Shown here: positions 30,379-41,516 of the stretch, in pieces | Layout of the letters: the number at the start of each line of letters is the position of its first letter | How positions within the stretch are numbered: position 1 is the first letter of the stretch | Source: Candidatus Yanofskybacteria bacterium RIFCSPHIGHO2_01_FULL_41_26 | Lineage (GTDB): Bacteria > Patescibacteriota > Minisyncoccia > 2-02-FULL-40-12 > GWA2-44-9 | DNA length: 64,000 bases | Assembly (NCBI GenBank): GCA_001794055.1 | Contig: MGJB01000001.1 | Location: 7,457 to 71,456, forward strand | Reading direction: 5' to 3' | Translations under genes and position numbers: made by a program | Notes under the pieces: generated by a model | What the model was told of the DNA's origin: nothing | Database searches by the model: none | The model's input: only the letters and a program-made list of their open reading frames with translations

Positions 30379-31602
30379 ATGATTACAATCAAAAAGACCG
30401 CATATTTAGTCATAATTTTGATCCTTTTATTCACAGCTAATATTTCCCGAGCCGCTACCGACGATACCCGTTATTTCGTTAAATCCACCTCCGGTTGGTG
30501 GAAAAAATCATTTGGTGTTAGGCACAATTTTGATAACGGATTTACTGCCGATCTTTCCGATTTTCATCTTCGCGTTGCGAAGATTTTTGGCATAGAAGTT
30601 GAACCAGTCAAGAAGTTAAATGTTTTGCCAGATTTGTCTCAAGCGCCAATAACAAGCGGAAAAATTCAGGCAAAAAGAATTAAACCGGCCGAACAAGTTC
30701 CTTGGGGGGTTAAGGCGGTTTACAACAATCCACTGCTTTCAAAATCATCGGGCGGTTCGGGGGTTATTGTTGCCATATTGGATACGGGAGTTTTAAAAAT
30801 CCACCCCGATCTTGAAAATAGAATTAAAGAGTGTAAAGATTTTTCAGGCCCAGTCGGGATTGTTGACGGAAAATGCGATGACAATAATGGCCATGGAACT
30901 CATGTTGCCGGAATAATTGTCGCAGACGGGGGTTCGGACGGGCTTGGCATATATGGCGTGGCTCCGGAAGCCAACCTGTTTGCTTACAAAGTTTGTTCTA
31001 ATAATGGTACTTGCTGGGCTGACGATGTTGCTGTTGCTTTAAGAACGGCTGCCGATGGCGGAGCTAATATCGTAAACATGAGTTTGGGTTCCGATAATCC
31101 CAGCCCATTAATAACCGATGCCTCTGATTATGCCGTTTCCAAGAAAGTTTTGATTGTTGCCGCCGCCGGCAATGACGGACCTTATTTTAGGAGTATTGAT
31201 TATCCTGGAGCTGATGCAAGTGTTATTGCTGTGGGAGCTGTTAATATAGATATTCAGATTCCGGACTGGAGTTCGCGGGGGCTTAATTCAACTACAAAAC
31301 CCTATAACACAGAAGAACAAGATATTGAGTTTGCCGCTCCGGGTGTTAATGTAGAATCAACTTGGAAAGACGGCGGTTATGCTATTTTGTCCGGAACATC
31401 TATGGCCTCTCCTCATGTTGCGGGATTGGCCGCCAAGCTCTGGTCTCGATTGCCTGAACAATCGAGTGTTTCTAATTTGCAAGGCGAATCGGGACAAATT
31501 AATCCCGCTTCAGTCGTTCGTGACGTTCTCCACAAACTTACCGCTGACCTGTTGCCTATCGGCGACGATGACAATTCAGGATTTGGATTTCCGCATTTAT
31601 AA
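30379..31602 (+). CDS. Secreted S8 subtilisin-like serine protease
   Basis: ILDTG, HGTHVAG and SGTSMASPHVAG; signal peptide. Confidence 0.96.
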   Translation: MITIKKTAYLVIILILLFTANISRAATDDTRYFVKSTSGWWKKSFGVRHNFDNGFTADLSDFHLRVAKIFGIEVEPVKKLNVLPDLSQAPITSGKIQAKRIKPAEQVPWGVKAVYNNPLLSKSSGGSGVIVAILDTGVLKIHPDLENRIKECKDFSGPVGIVDGKCDDNNGHGTHVAGIIVADGGSDGLGIYGVAPEANLFAYKVCSNNGTCWADDVAVALRTAADGGANIVNMSLGSDNPSPLITDASDYAVSKKVLIVAAAGNDGPYFRSIDYPGADASVIAVGAVNIDIQIPDWSSRGLNSTTKPYNTEEQDIEFAAPGVNVESTWKDGGYAILSGTSMASPHVAGLAAKLWSRLPEQSSVSNLQGESGQINPASVVRDVLHKLTADLLPIGDDDNSGFGFPHL

Positions 31603-31869
31603 GTCAGATAATTAATCCATTTTATCAGTTTAGCGGAGCGGATTTTAGCCAAATCCGAGACGCGAGGATGAAGCTGTAGATTATTCTACTGCGAGTCCGA
31701 GTAACGAAGGATTTGGTCTAAAATCAGCCCGCCCTAAGAGGGAAGCTAAATAACAAGACCGATTCTTTCGTCTCTCCTCCTCAATATAGAACAATCTATA
31801 TCTTCGTCGTTCCTCGGACTCGGTCTATTCTTTAGCTTCTAAAATGATAAAATGGATTAATTATCTGAC
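31603..31869. repeat. MITE-like element with 31-bp TIRs enclosing two hairpin arms, one family-E-like
   Basis: GTCAGATAATTAATCCATTTTATCAGTTTAG versus its complement at 31839-31869 with 1 mismatch. Confidence 0.8.
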
Positions 31870-31874
31870 CCAGT

Positions 31875-32495
31875 ATGAAAATAAGTCATGTTGTAAGAAC
31901 TCTAGTTGTATCCGATTTTTTTATTAATGCCGGTTTTTCTGTTTTCGCGCCGGTATTTGCGATATTTGTTACTAAACAAATTGACGGAGGGACTTTGGCG
32001 GTCGTCGGTTTTGCTGCCGCTATTTTTCAAATATTCAAGTCTGGCCTCCAAATTCCGATAGCCAAGTATTTGGATAAAAATCATGGCGAATATGACGACT
32101 TTTATTCAATGGTTTTTGGCACCTTTCTTATTGCATTGGTGCCTTTTTTGTATTTATTTGCTACCAAAACGAGTCATGTCTATATGATTCAAGCGCTTTA
32201 CGGTATCGGAGCATCTTTTGCCATTCCTCCTTGGTATGCCATTTTTACCAGACATGTTGACAAAATGCAGGAGAATGTGGAGTGGTCTCTGGACTCAATT
32301 GCTATTGGAATAGGTGCGGCGACATCAGCGGCTCTCGGGGGATTTTTAGCGGAAAAATTTGGTTTTCGATTTGTATTTCTTTTGGGGGGCATGCTTGCTG
32401 TTTTTGGCGCAATCCAGCAAATTAAAATTTTCCGAGATTTAAAAGGAAAAGTCTCTCAAGGTACTGTAAGACCTTTGCCTGACGGTGCCAAATAA
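31875..32495 (+). CDS. Half-size MFS-like transporter
   Basis: Six TM segments with an MFS-like pattern. Confidence 0.75.
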   Translation: MKISHVVRTLVVSDFFINAGFSVFAPVFAIFVTKQIDGGTLAVVGFAAAIFQIFKSGLQIPIAKYLDKNHGEYDDFYSMVFGTFLIALVPFLYLFATKTSHVYMIQALYGIGASFAIPPWYAIFTRHVDKMQENVEWSLDSIAIGIGAATSAALGGFLAEKFGFRFVFLLGGMLAVFGAIQQIKIFRDLKGKVSQGTVRPLPDGAK

Positions 32496-32546
32496 AATAA
32501 TACAATGGGGGTCTTTGCAAGCAAAGACCCCCATTGTATATTGTAC

Positions 32547-34283
32547 ATGAATAAAGAAATCTCAAAAATTTTATATGAGATGGCTATTTTGCTTGAAATG
32601 AAAGGTGTGGAGTTCAAGCCTCGCATGTATGAAAAAGCCGCCGGATCTGTTGAATCATTAACTGAAGATGTCAGGGGTATTTATAAACATGGCGGTTTTA
32701 AAGCGCTTGAAGATATTTCAGGTGTCGGTTCGTCTATTGGCAAGAAAATAGAGGAATATATCAAGACTAGACGTGTCAAAGAATACGATAAACTCAAAAA
32801 AGCGGTTCCGGTAGACATTGAGGACTTGGTATCTGTTGAAGGCATTGGACCCAAGACTATTTTGCGTCTTTATAAAAAACTAAAAATTAAAACAAGAGAT
32901 CAGTTGGAAAAAGCTGCAACCAGAGGCAAGCTTGTAAAAGCCGGATTCGGTAAAAAAACCGAGGACAACATTTTAAAAAGCATCGGCTTTTTGAAAAAAG
33001 AACATGGGCATTGTCTTTTAGGCGAAATAATGCCGACAGCTGAAAAAATACTTGAATGCATCCTGGCTTTGCCCGAAGTTGAGTCGGCTGAATTTGGCGG
33101 TTCTTTACGTCGGATGGCGGAAACCGTCGGTGATCTGGATTTTATTGCTTTTTCTACCAAGCCCTCCGAGGTGGTTGAAAAATTTATCAGATTTCCTGAA
33201 GTGCAAAGTGTTCATTCCAAAGGAAAGCATAAGGCCTTGGTTCGTTTAAGCATAGAGACGGATGCTGATATTTGGGTTATGGATCCCCAAGCAACAGGCG
33301 CTGCTCTTATCGGTTGGACAGGCGATAAACAGCACAATATTGCCCTACGAACTCTTGCCGAGAAGAAGGGCTGGATGTTGAATGACTATGGACTGTGGAA
33401 TGGAAAAATCTTACTTGTTTCAAAAACCGAAGAAGAAATTTATAAAAAACTCGGCATGGCTTGGATACCGCCTGAAATCCGCAACAATACCGGTGAGATA
33501 GAAGCGGCCCTTCGACAAGCTCAGGGTAAACCTGGTGGTTTGCCCCACCTTGTCGGCTACGGTGATGTAAAAGGCGATCTGCAAATTCAGACAGACTGGA
33601 CTGATGGCAAGGATTCTATTGAAACAATGGCCAAAGCTGCCAAAGAACTCGGCCACGACTATATCCTCATTACCGATCATACCAAATTTCTCGCCATGAC
33701 CGGAGGAAGTGATGAAAAACGGCTTATCAAACAAATGGCCGCGATTGATAAAATAAATTCAAGTTCTACGTTTCATGGTTCAGGTTTCAAGATTCTTAAA
33801 GGCGCCGAAGTAAACATAATGCCAGATGGCACTCTGGATATAAACGACGAAACTTTGGCAAAATTGGATGTTGTGGGTGCCGCTGTCCATTCTAAATTTA
33901 ATATGTCTGAGAAAGATATGACCGCGCGCATCAAAAGGGCGATGGAAAATCAGAATGTAGACATAATTTTCCATCCGACCGGAAGGCTCATTCAGAAACG
34001 CGAGGCCTATAAAGTAGACATGGATGAGCTTTTAAAAACCGCAAAGAAAACTAAAACTGTCATGGAAATTGATGCTTTTCCTGACAGACTGGATCTGAAA
34101 GACGAATATATTCGCAAAGCGGTAAATATGGGCGTTAAACTTGCAATAGATACTGATGCTCATTCTATTGAACACTTAAAATTTCTTCGTTATGGTATTG
34201 CCCAAGCTCGTCGCGGTTGGGCCGAAAAGAAAGACGTTATTAATGCTCATAATTGGCAAGAGATGTTAAAAATGCTAAAATAA
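32547..34283 (+). CDS. polX: DNA polymerase X / PHP fusion
   Basis: HhH motifs, GSLRR..TVGDLD, ITDH, HPTGR and DTDAH. Confidence 0.93.
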   Translation: MNKEISKILYEMAILLEMKGVEFKPRMYEKAAGSVESLTEDVRGIYKHGGFKALEDISGVGSSIGKKIEEYIKTRRVKEYDKLKKAVPVDIEDLVSVEGIGPKTILRLYKKLKIKTRDQLEKAATRGKLVKAGFGKKTEDNILKSIGFLKKEHGHCLLGEIMPTAEKILECILALPEVESAEFGGSLRRMAETVGDLDFIAFSTKPSEVVEKFIRFPEVQSVHSKGKHKALVRLSIETDADIWVMDPQATGAALIGWTGDKQHNIALRTLAEKKGWMLNDYGLWNGKILLVSKTEEEIYKKLGMAWIPPEIRNNTGEIEAALRQAQGKPGGLPHLVGYGDVKGDLQIQTDWTDGKDSIETMAKAAKELGHDYILITDHTKFLAMTGGSDEKRLIKQMAAIDKINSSSTFHGSGFKILKGAEVNIMPDGTLDINDETLAKLDVVGAAVHSKFNMSEKDMTARIKRAMENQNVDIIFHPTGRLIQKREAYKVDMDELLKTAKKTKTVMEIDAFPDRLDLKDEYIRKAVNMGVKLAIDTDAHSIEHLKFLRYGIAQARRGWAEKKDVINAHNWQEMLKMLK

Positions 34284-34293
34284 GGCATTAATC

Positions 34294-37216
34294 ATGGTTA
34301 TGGAGAGCAAAAATAAAATCTGGAAGATGATTTTTAAACCAGAACAACCAAATCTAGAGAAAGATTTGGAATTGGACGATGAAAAGTTGCAGAACATTGT
34401 TTTAGAAAAAAAAGAATTACAGAGTGAAATTGAAAAAAAACTTAGCTTATCTAATAACGCAAACGAAATCTTTTCCTCTATTAATACCTATAAGTTTATT
34501 AGCCATGAAGATGCCGTAGAATTCTTTGATCGATTATTGGATCATCCGGCAATATATAATTGTCTTGATGGCAGTAGTGCTTACTTAATTCTAGATTTTC
34601 TTAGGGAAAAAGGTAATCCTGAGGCCGTAGAAACAATTATACGATATGTTAACCACATATTATTACCTGGGTATAAAAGACAAGCGCATCTTCAGTTCGA
34701 CTTATATCATGCCGCTTTTACGCTATTAGCTATTTTAGGCAAAGAAGCATGTGAAAAAGTGCTTCAATCTCTTGCCGAACAAGACGTGACTTTTAAGGGC
34801 TGGTTTGAAAAAAATAAAATCTCTCTTTTGGGTCTAAAGTTTCCGAGCCAAATTACAAGTTCATACAAATCGGACATCCCCCATAATGATTGGCCTCCAA
34901 ATTATCTCGATAAAACATCAACACCATCAAATGAAGAACTTTCAGTTTCACGACCGTCGGAATTTCAAAAGACCAATGACACATTGGATTTTCAATCCAG
35001 ACTTTGGGAACAAGGTAAACCCTTTAATTTTTACAGAAGATTTAGGCCGGTGGTTCCCAACAGTGTTATTGTAGACGGAGCAAATTATTTAATGGCTTTG
35101 CGTGGTACTGTGGAAAATATGGGCGATAATAATAATTTGGATCCCAGTCTAAACTTATTGTCTGGTAGGATTGAAGAAAAACTTTTAACTGCAACGGTAG
35201 AAAAACCGGAACAATCCAATCAGAAAGAAATATTCGAAATTGTTTCTCTTGGGGCAGGTGAAGTCTTGTGTTTGGCCGTTTTGGAAAATAACAGAGAAGA
35301 AGCGCTACTCCGCTTAGGAATTATAAAACAGTTTATTGATCAAAGTAAAAGCAAAATTTCAGAAATTTTTAAAATGTTTCTTTTGGATGAATTAGCTTTG
35401 ATTGAATATTATATAAAAAATGATTCTAATTTTTCTTTTCCAGAACTTCCTCAAAACGCTGAATCTTTCCTGATGTATCATGCTTGGCACACAAAAACCA
35501 GAGAAATCCCCGATTTTAGAGTTCTTTTAGCAGAAAAAGTTAGGTGGTTAATGGCAAATGATTTAACCAGCAATCTGTCATTAATAGCGTTTGGTCCTAA
35601 CAATCTTCCTATAGGGGGACCGTCTTTTGCCAGAATAATTGAAATCGTCGGAAGATACAAAAAGGGACTGGAATTATATAAAGTTGTTGACGAAAAAGAT
35701 ATGCCTATTTACTGGGAAGCCATCGATAAATTGGAAGATACCGATCCGTCAAGAATAGTTGTTTTTGGCCGAGATGGAAGATTTTTCTTTACGGCATTGA
35801 AAGCTTCGGGATTTGGCATCGGAGACAAAGAGGTTAAGTATGTGGTTATAACCAGAAACATGAAGGATCTGGAGTCAAGAGACACAATTACGGACTACTT
35901 GAAACAGAATGGAATATCTCTTGATTTTACTTTTGTCGATACAGGTTTTCGGGGTTCTATACCGGAATTGGCGATAGATTTTCTATCCCAAGACCAGGGT
36001 ATAAGCCTGTCTTCACAAGAAATAGACCGGAAAATAACTTTGTTATCAAGCTCGGAACGAACCCGAACAGAACTGTCTAGAAAAAGACGATCGAGAGACG
36101 AACAAATGAGGACTGTGGGGGTGATAGAGGATCATCGGCCCCAAAACATGGAAAGTCCGGCTCAACTGGAAATGGACGAAAGGGGAAAACTAAGACCAAA
36201 AGGTACATTTAATTCTTCTGCTGACCAGCTTGGCTATTGGATTGTAGAGCATGTATCTTTAAGGAATTTTGCGCCAAAACTTAATCCGGATAAAAGAATC
36301 GAATATAACAAAAAAGATCCTCTAAGTGGCCTGAGATTTGTTCAGGACTACAGAGGAGAATCTATCGGAACCCACCCCATGGAGTTGTGGGAAGATAAAA
36401 ATGAAGATAAAGAAAGGTTTCTCATCAAAGGCGGTCCCGAGCATACGTTAAGAGCGGATTTTGTTGGCCAGAGATTTCTACGGCAGGCCGATTTGGTGGT
36501 TCCAGACACAGAACTTGTGACAATAAACGGTCAGCTTAAATTAAAGATGGAATTTTTGGCAGACTACAAATTAATGGGGCTTCATCTTCCCGTCGAGTTT
36601 CAAAACAGCGAAAAGATTCAGTCCGCTTTGTTGGTCGATGCTTTATTGGGCCAGTATGACCGTACTCCTTGGAATTTAATGTTTAATTCGCGTTGGGGGG
36701 AGCATCGTGTTGCCTTCATTGATAACGGTGCCAGTTTGTTTTCCAGGGCCAGGGGGGGGGCACAAAGGTTTTCCGAGATACTTTGATGTGTCTCAACTGG
36801 CGGAAATACTGGCTAATCCTCAGTTTATTGGTGAACCAGTCAATGAGGCATACGACAATTTAATTGAAGTCAAAGATGGGGTTATAAAAGTTAAAAACAG
36901 AGAAAGATTTTCAGAACTTTTCAAGAAATTCTGTTTTTCTTTTGATTATGATTTTATTGATTCCGTTATTGAACAAGCGGGATATCCTGACGGTAGAAGG
37001 TCCATCCTTTTTCTGGAAGGAATTGTTGAAGATTTAACAGGAGAATTAAAAAGAATGCACCCCGGGTCATCGGATTATAAAAAAACCAACGAAGCCATAG
37101 AAACTTATAAAAAGGCTATCGAAGCTGGAGGAGAATCGTCATATCTCAAACAAGCTCTTAAGCAGAGGAGAGATGATATTATAAACATGTTCAATGGTTT
37201 GGGTTTTCAATTCTGA
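34294..37216 (+). pseudogene. Large protein with C-terminal HipA/PI3-PI4-kinase-like domain, frameshifted at a G9 tract
   Basis: DALLGQYDRTPWN...FIDNG; ORFs 34294-36786 and 36707-37216 join if G9 becomes G8. Confidence 0.65.
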
Positions 37217-37237
37217 TATAATATAGCGACTTTAACC

Positions 37238-38086
37238 ATGTCGGAAATGAATTCAAAAAAAGAGTTTGAAAAACTTACAACTCCAGAAAAATTTGAGGCG
37301 GTTAGGTTTTTAAAAGTATTCATTGTTCGCCATGGGCTCACCGAATATAAAGAACGTGAAAGTGTAAAAAAGTTTGGCAAGTGGAACCCCGGTATTCACG
37401 ACATAACCCCTGAAGGCGAAGATGAATTAAGGGATACGGCCCTAAGAATAATCCAAGAGATAAATCCCAAAACTGATATAGTTGTATTTTTATCCAGTCC
37501 TCGAGCAAGAGCTCAATCAAGCATGAGAATATTAGATGATGAATTTCGACAGAGAGGCATTGAAATTTACCAAGAAAGCCCTGTTTTAGTAGAAATGTTA
37601 AGAAGTGGCGGAGACATGTCGCCAGTGACAGGAGACAATAACGAAATAAAATTTCAAGATCAACCGCAGAATGATTATTGGGATATTGAAGAAGAGGGCG
37701 AAGAGCAACCCCAAGGAAAGCGTTTTAAAAAGTTTTTAAGTTATTTTGCGTCAATTAACCAAACATTGTTAGCTGAAAAAATTAAAAAAACTAGCAGTAG
37801 GTTGAATGGTAAAATACCTGTTTTTGTTGCAATAACTCATGGTGAAGTAACTCATGCCGGGGCTTCTCCTGCGCCAGTTTATAAAAAATCTTTTTTGGGA
37901 GAAGTTTTTCCAGATAAAAAAAGATTAAAATTACCTAGAGGAAGGTCAATGAAACTGGTTTTTGATCTTGAAAATCCCGGAAATTTTTCTGTGACTATTC
38001 CTCCTGAAACAAGCCTTTCCGGCAGTAGCGAGACAAAAAATCTTCATTTTAATTCTAAAAATGGATCTGTTGAGAATATTTATTAA
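37238..38086 (+). CDS. Histidine phosphatase superfamily protein
   Basis: IVRHG, SSPRARA.QS-like and ITHG. Confidence 0.75.
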   Translation: MSEMNSKKEFEKLTTPEKFEAVRFLKVFIVRHGLTEYKERESVKKFGKWNPGIHDITPEGEDELRDTALRIIQEINPKTDIVVFLSSPRARAQSSMRILDDEFRQRGIEIYQESPVLVEMLRSGGDMSPVTGDNNEIKFQDQPQNDYWDIEEEGEEQPQGKRFKKFLSYFASINQTLLAEKIKKTSSRLNGKIPVFVAITHGEVTHAGASPAPVYKKSFLGEVFPDKKRLKLPRGRSMKLVFDLENPGNFSVTIPPETSLSGSSETKNLHFNSKNGSVENIY

Positions 38087-38309
38087 AGCCAAACCTAATT
38101 CCAGTGAAAACAAAGTTGACCCGCCTTCGCCGGGAGGTTTAGGCGAGGCAAAGAAAAATTATTATACTGTATCCGTTAAAGATCCTCCGGTCGGGGGGCG
38201 GGCGAATAGAGCTATTGTCAGAGAGCTTTCAGAATATTTTCACACTCCAAATGTCAGGATAGTCTCGGGTCATATTTCAAGGCAGAAGATTGTTGAAGTA
38301 GATCTATAA
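38061..38309 (+). CDS. DUF167/YggU family protein
   Basis: IKAKPNS...V.VKDPPVGGRAN...IVSG..SR.K. Confidence 0.85.
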   Translation: MDLLRIFIKAKPNSSENKVDPPSPGGLGEAKKNYYTVSVKDPPVGGRANRAIVRELSEYFHTPNVRIVSGHISRQKIVEVDL

Positions 38310-38376
38310 CTTGACACATCCTAATTTTAGATGTATCTTATTGATAGGCTGTCTTAACAGAAAAGAAAGGTAAGCC

Positions 38377-38754
38377 ATGAGCGAAGTCAAAGCTTTTACG
38401 CTGGATGGAATTACCAGGGTTGCTGAAGGGGCGGATGGGGTTATGTGCTTGAAAGACCTTGGGTTTAACCACGCCCTTGTGGTTATTACCGAAGATGAGA
38501 CAGAGTATGACATTATTGTTCTTGAGCCAACGACAGGCAAAGTCCGTGTTAAAGGCGGCTGGTTCACCCAGCCGACCGAATGCAAGCTGACAGGCGCCAC
38601 GGCAGGCGGTTCTACGCTTTGGATGAACCGTATCGCGGTTGGCTGGTGCATGGAGTTCTGGTTGAAGGAACATTGCACCGTCACAACGCTTTCTGTCAAA
38701 ATTATCGGTTGGAGAATTAATCCGACAATTACATCTTCAACTCTTGTTCATTGA
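38377..38754 (+). CDS. Hypothetical protein
   Basis: Own TTGACA promoter, SD GAAAGGT and terminator GACCAC-TTCG-GTGGTC. Confidence 0.7.
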   Translation: MSEVKAFTLDGITRVAEGADGVMCLKDLGFNHALVVITEDETEYDIIVLEPTTGKVRVKGGWFTQPTECKLTGATAGGSTLWMNRIAVGWCMEFWLKEHCTVTTLSVKIIGWRINPTITSSTLVH

Positions 38755-38811
38755 GACCACTTCGGTGGTCTTTTGTTTGGAAAATAATTGTTATTAAGGT
38801 AAAATTACTAT

Positions 38812-39951
38812 GTGGCGAATTATAGAATCTTACTTCTCGGGGGTGGCAGCGGGGGGCATGTTTTTCCGCTGGTTGCTGTTGCCAATGCTTTGAAAGAAAA
38901 ATCCGAACAAAATGGAATTTCTTTAGAGTTGATGATTTTGGGAGAAGGTAAATTTATAGCAAAAGCGGCAACGGATGCGGGATTAAATTTTCAATCGATA
39001 TTAGCCGGCAAACTAAGAAGATATTTCAGTCTTTTAAATGTTCTAGATATTTTTAAAGTTCTGATAGGATTTTTTCAGGCTCTTTGGCATATATTTTGGT
39101 TTATGCCTGATGTGGTCTTTGCCAAAGGCGGATATGCGTCTTTGTCTGGCGCATTTGTGGCGAAGCTTTATTTCATTCCTTTGTTTGTTCACGAATCGGA
39201 TTCAATCCCTGGTCTTGCCAATAGGATTTTAGGCAGATTGGCAAAGACCGTTTTTATTTCTTTCGCATCTAGTGATAAATATTTTAAAACCGGCAAGACA
39301 GTTTTAACGGGAAATCCTGTCCGGAAAGAATTGGTTTCAGGTGACAAATCGACTGGTATCCAAAGTTTCGGTTTAAACCCGAACCTCAAAACAGTTTTGG
39401 TTTTGGGGGGCAGCCAAGGCGCGCAAAGAATTAACCAAATCGTTTTGGAATCTATTGTTTTAATGACAAAGGAATTTCAGGTCATCCACCAATGCGGGGA
39501 ATCTCAACACAAGGCGGTTAAAGCGGAAGAGGATAAAATTATAAAAGAAGGCCAAGGTGAATATTCCGATACTGTGAAAATGAATTATAAACTCTATCCA
39601 TTTTTCAGCGAGAAAGAACTGGCGATGGCCTATGCCGTGTCGGATGTAATTGTTTCTCGCGCCGGAGCCGGTTCGCTTTTTGAGATTGCTGCACTCGGCA
39701 AACCGGCTATTTTGATACCTCTTTCCACTAATGCTAGTCGCGGTGAGCAAATTACCAATGCTCTTGAATTTTCAAAATTCGGAGCATCAATGATCGAAGA
39801 GGAAAATCTTACGCCCCACATTCTAATCAACCAGATAAATTCTTTGCTTCAGCCTGAAAAATATAATACTGTAAGCCAAAATTTAAAAACTCTTGCTATG
39901 CCTGACGCAGCGGAAAAAATTGCCTTAGTATTATTGACATCGCAGAGCTAA
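38812..39951 (+). CDS. murG: MurG glycosyltransferase
   Basis: GGGSGGHVFP, KGGYAS, HESD, GNPVR, GGSQGA and SRAGA. Confidence 0.96.
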   Translation: MANYRILLLGGGSGGHVFPLVAVANALKEKSEQNGISLELMILGEGKFIAKAATDAGLNFQSILAGKLRRYFSLLNVLDIFKVLIGFFQALWHIFWFMPDVVFAKGGYASLSGAFVAKLYFIPLFVHESDSIPGLANRILGRLAKTVFISFASSDKYFKTGKTVLTGNPVRKELVSGDKSTGIQSFGLNPNLKTVLVLGGSQGAQRINQIVLESIVLMTKEFQVIHQCGESQHKAVKAEEDKIIKEGQGEYSDTVKMNYKLYPFFSEKELAMAYAVSDVIVSRAGAGSLFEIAALGKPAILIPLSTNASRGEQITNALEFSKFGASMIEEENLTPHILINQINSLLQPEKYNTVSQNLKTLAMPDAAEKIALVLLTSQS

Positions 39952-39966
39952 TGCTAATATTATTTT

Positions 39967-40698
39967 ATGAACTGGAAGACGATCGGTTTTGATAAAAATA
40001 AAAAGTATTTTCTAGATGCCATTAAAAACGGCAATTTATCGCACGCTTATATTTTTTGCGGACCTGACGGTATCGGTAAGAAGTTATTTGCTTATGATTT
40101 ATTTAGTTTTATAAATCAACGGGAGCCAGAAGGCGACCCGGATTTTAAATTGCTTACTCCTCGTTTGGAGGATGATGAAACTAAAATATACATTGAAGAT
40201 GTCAGGAATCTTAAATCCTACTTATCTTTGAAATCCTACCGTGGCCCGTACAAGTTTGTAGTTATAAACGATGCTGACCGATTGGTTCCTGAAGCTGCCA
40301 ATGCCTTTTTGAAAATATTGGAAGAGCCGTCGCTGTTCACGGTAATTATTTTGGTTAGTTCTCAACCCAAATTAATTCTTCCGACAGTTCTATCTCGATG
40401 CGAGAAAGTGCAATTTTTGCCTCCCGAAGAAAAAACCATTAACAAAGAAACGGCCAAAGCCGTAGCCGAGTTTATAAGTATAGCGAGGCAAGGAATAACC
40501 GAACGTATGCAATATGCCGAAAAGCTATTTGCCGATAAAAATTACCAAAATCTTGTCATCGGCTTGATTCATACTATTCGGTCGCGGGAAAATCCGAACC
40601 ATAAAGTTTTAAAAAATCTCCTCAAACTAAATTCCCTTCTCTCTCGGCCTCAATTCAACCACCGCCTAGCCCTCGAAAATTTCCTTATCAATCTTTAA
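39967..40698 (+). CDS. holB: DNA polymerase III delta' subunit
   Basis: HAYIFCGPDGIGK, AANAFLKILEEP and PTVLSRC. Confidence 0.88.
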   Translation: MNWKTIGFDKNKKYFLDAIKNGNLSHAYIFCGPDGIGKKLFAYDLFSFINQREPEGDPDFKLLTPRLEDDETKIYIEDVRNLKSYLSLKSYRGPYKFVVINDADRLVPEAANAFLKILEEPSLFTVIILVSSQPKLILPTVLSRCEKVQFLPPEEKTINKETAKAVAEFISIARQGITERMQYAEKLFADKNYQNLVIGLIHTIRSRENPNHKVLKNLLKLNSLLSRPQFNHRLALENFLINL

Positions 40699-40728
40699 CT
40701 CGCTCGGGGTGGGCACATTTTCAGCCTG

Positions 40729-40922
40729 TTCCAAAACTCGCTCCCATCCAATCCCTCTCTTCATCACATCTCCGCGATACGACAAAAGAGCTGACGGATG
40801 TACGGAAATTACCATGAGCGCTTCGCTATAATGGTAATTTCCTATCCGTCAGCTTCTTTATGTTACCGTATCGCTGCGAGGAGTGATTCAGATAGGGATA
40901 TGGCTGGAAGTTTAGTTTGAAA
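40729..40922. other. Long imperfect hairpin
   Basis: AGCTGACGGAT..GGAAATTACCAT/ATGGTAATTTCC..ATCCGTCAGCT with outer helices. Confidence 0.75.
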
Positions 40923-40999
40923 GATAAATCTGCTTGCCTTTACTTTTTCGATAATTTGCTCTATTATTTTAGGCAGGTCTTTTTATCGGAGGATTTTTC

Positions 41000-41194
41000 A
41001 TGATGATTTTCTTCGCGATTATATTGATATCAATGGGTATTGCTGGGCTACTTGAATATGTCAGGCCCGTCAGGCCTAGTGAGAACTCTTATGATAATGC
41101 CCTGCAGAAATATTTGAAAGCTTGCCGAACAACGATTAGGGCTGATTTGAAAAGGTCATTAATTAAACTCTGTGGCAGAAATAAGACCCCTTGA
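41000..41194 (+). CDS. Small single-TM hypothetical protein
   Basis: SD GGAGG; terminator ACCCCTT-GAAT-AAGGGGT. Confidence 0.5.
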   Translation: MMIFFAIILISMGIAGLLEYVRPVRPSENSYDNALQKYLKACRTTIRADLKRSLIKLCGRNKTP

Positions 41195-41214
41195 ATAAGG
41201 GGTTTTTATTTATC

Positions 41215-41484
41215 GCGAACACCCCACCCCACCTTCTCATCTTTTAAGCAAACTTATCCAGGACGATGAATCAGGTGGGATGGGGTATTCGCTCGACATA
41301 AAGCAATCATCGCCAATCTCTCTGATATCACTCCACGTAGCAATGGGCTAAACAAAACAGGGGTCGAATGAGTAAATATGCGAAATAGCGAAGCGCTCTC
41401 GCATATTTATGAAATGAGACCCCATTTTGTTCGCATTGCGGAGTTGTGATAGAAGAGAGGTTGGCGATGGATGCGGAGACGTTG
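41215..41484. other. Two tandem long hairpins upstream of frr
   Basis: GCGAACACCCCACCCCACC/GGTGGGATGGGGTATTCGC, then CATCGCCAATCTCTCT.../AGAGAGGTTGGCGATG. Confidence 0.7.
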
Positions 41485-41516
41485 TTTAGAGAAAAATTAT
41501 ATGCTAATATTTTTTT

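Noticed and set aside
32501-32538. Perfect hairpin before polX as a separate system
   Set aside because: Single copy in the window; may be a terminator or another micro-palindrome, so not enough evidence alone.
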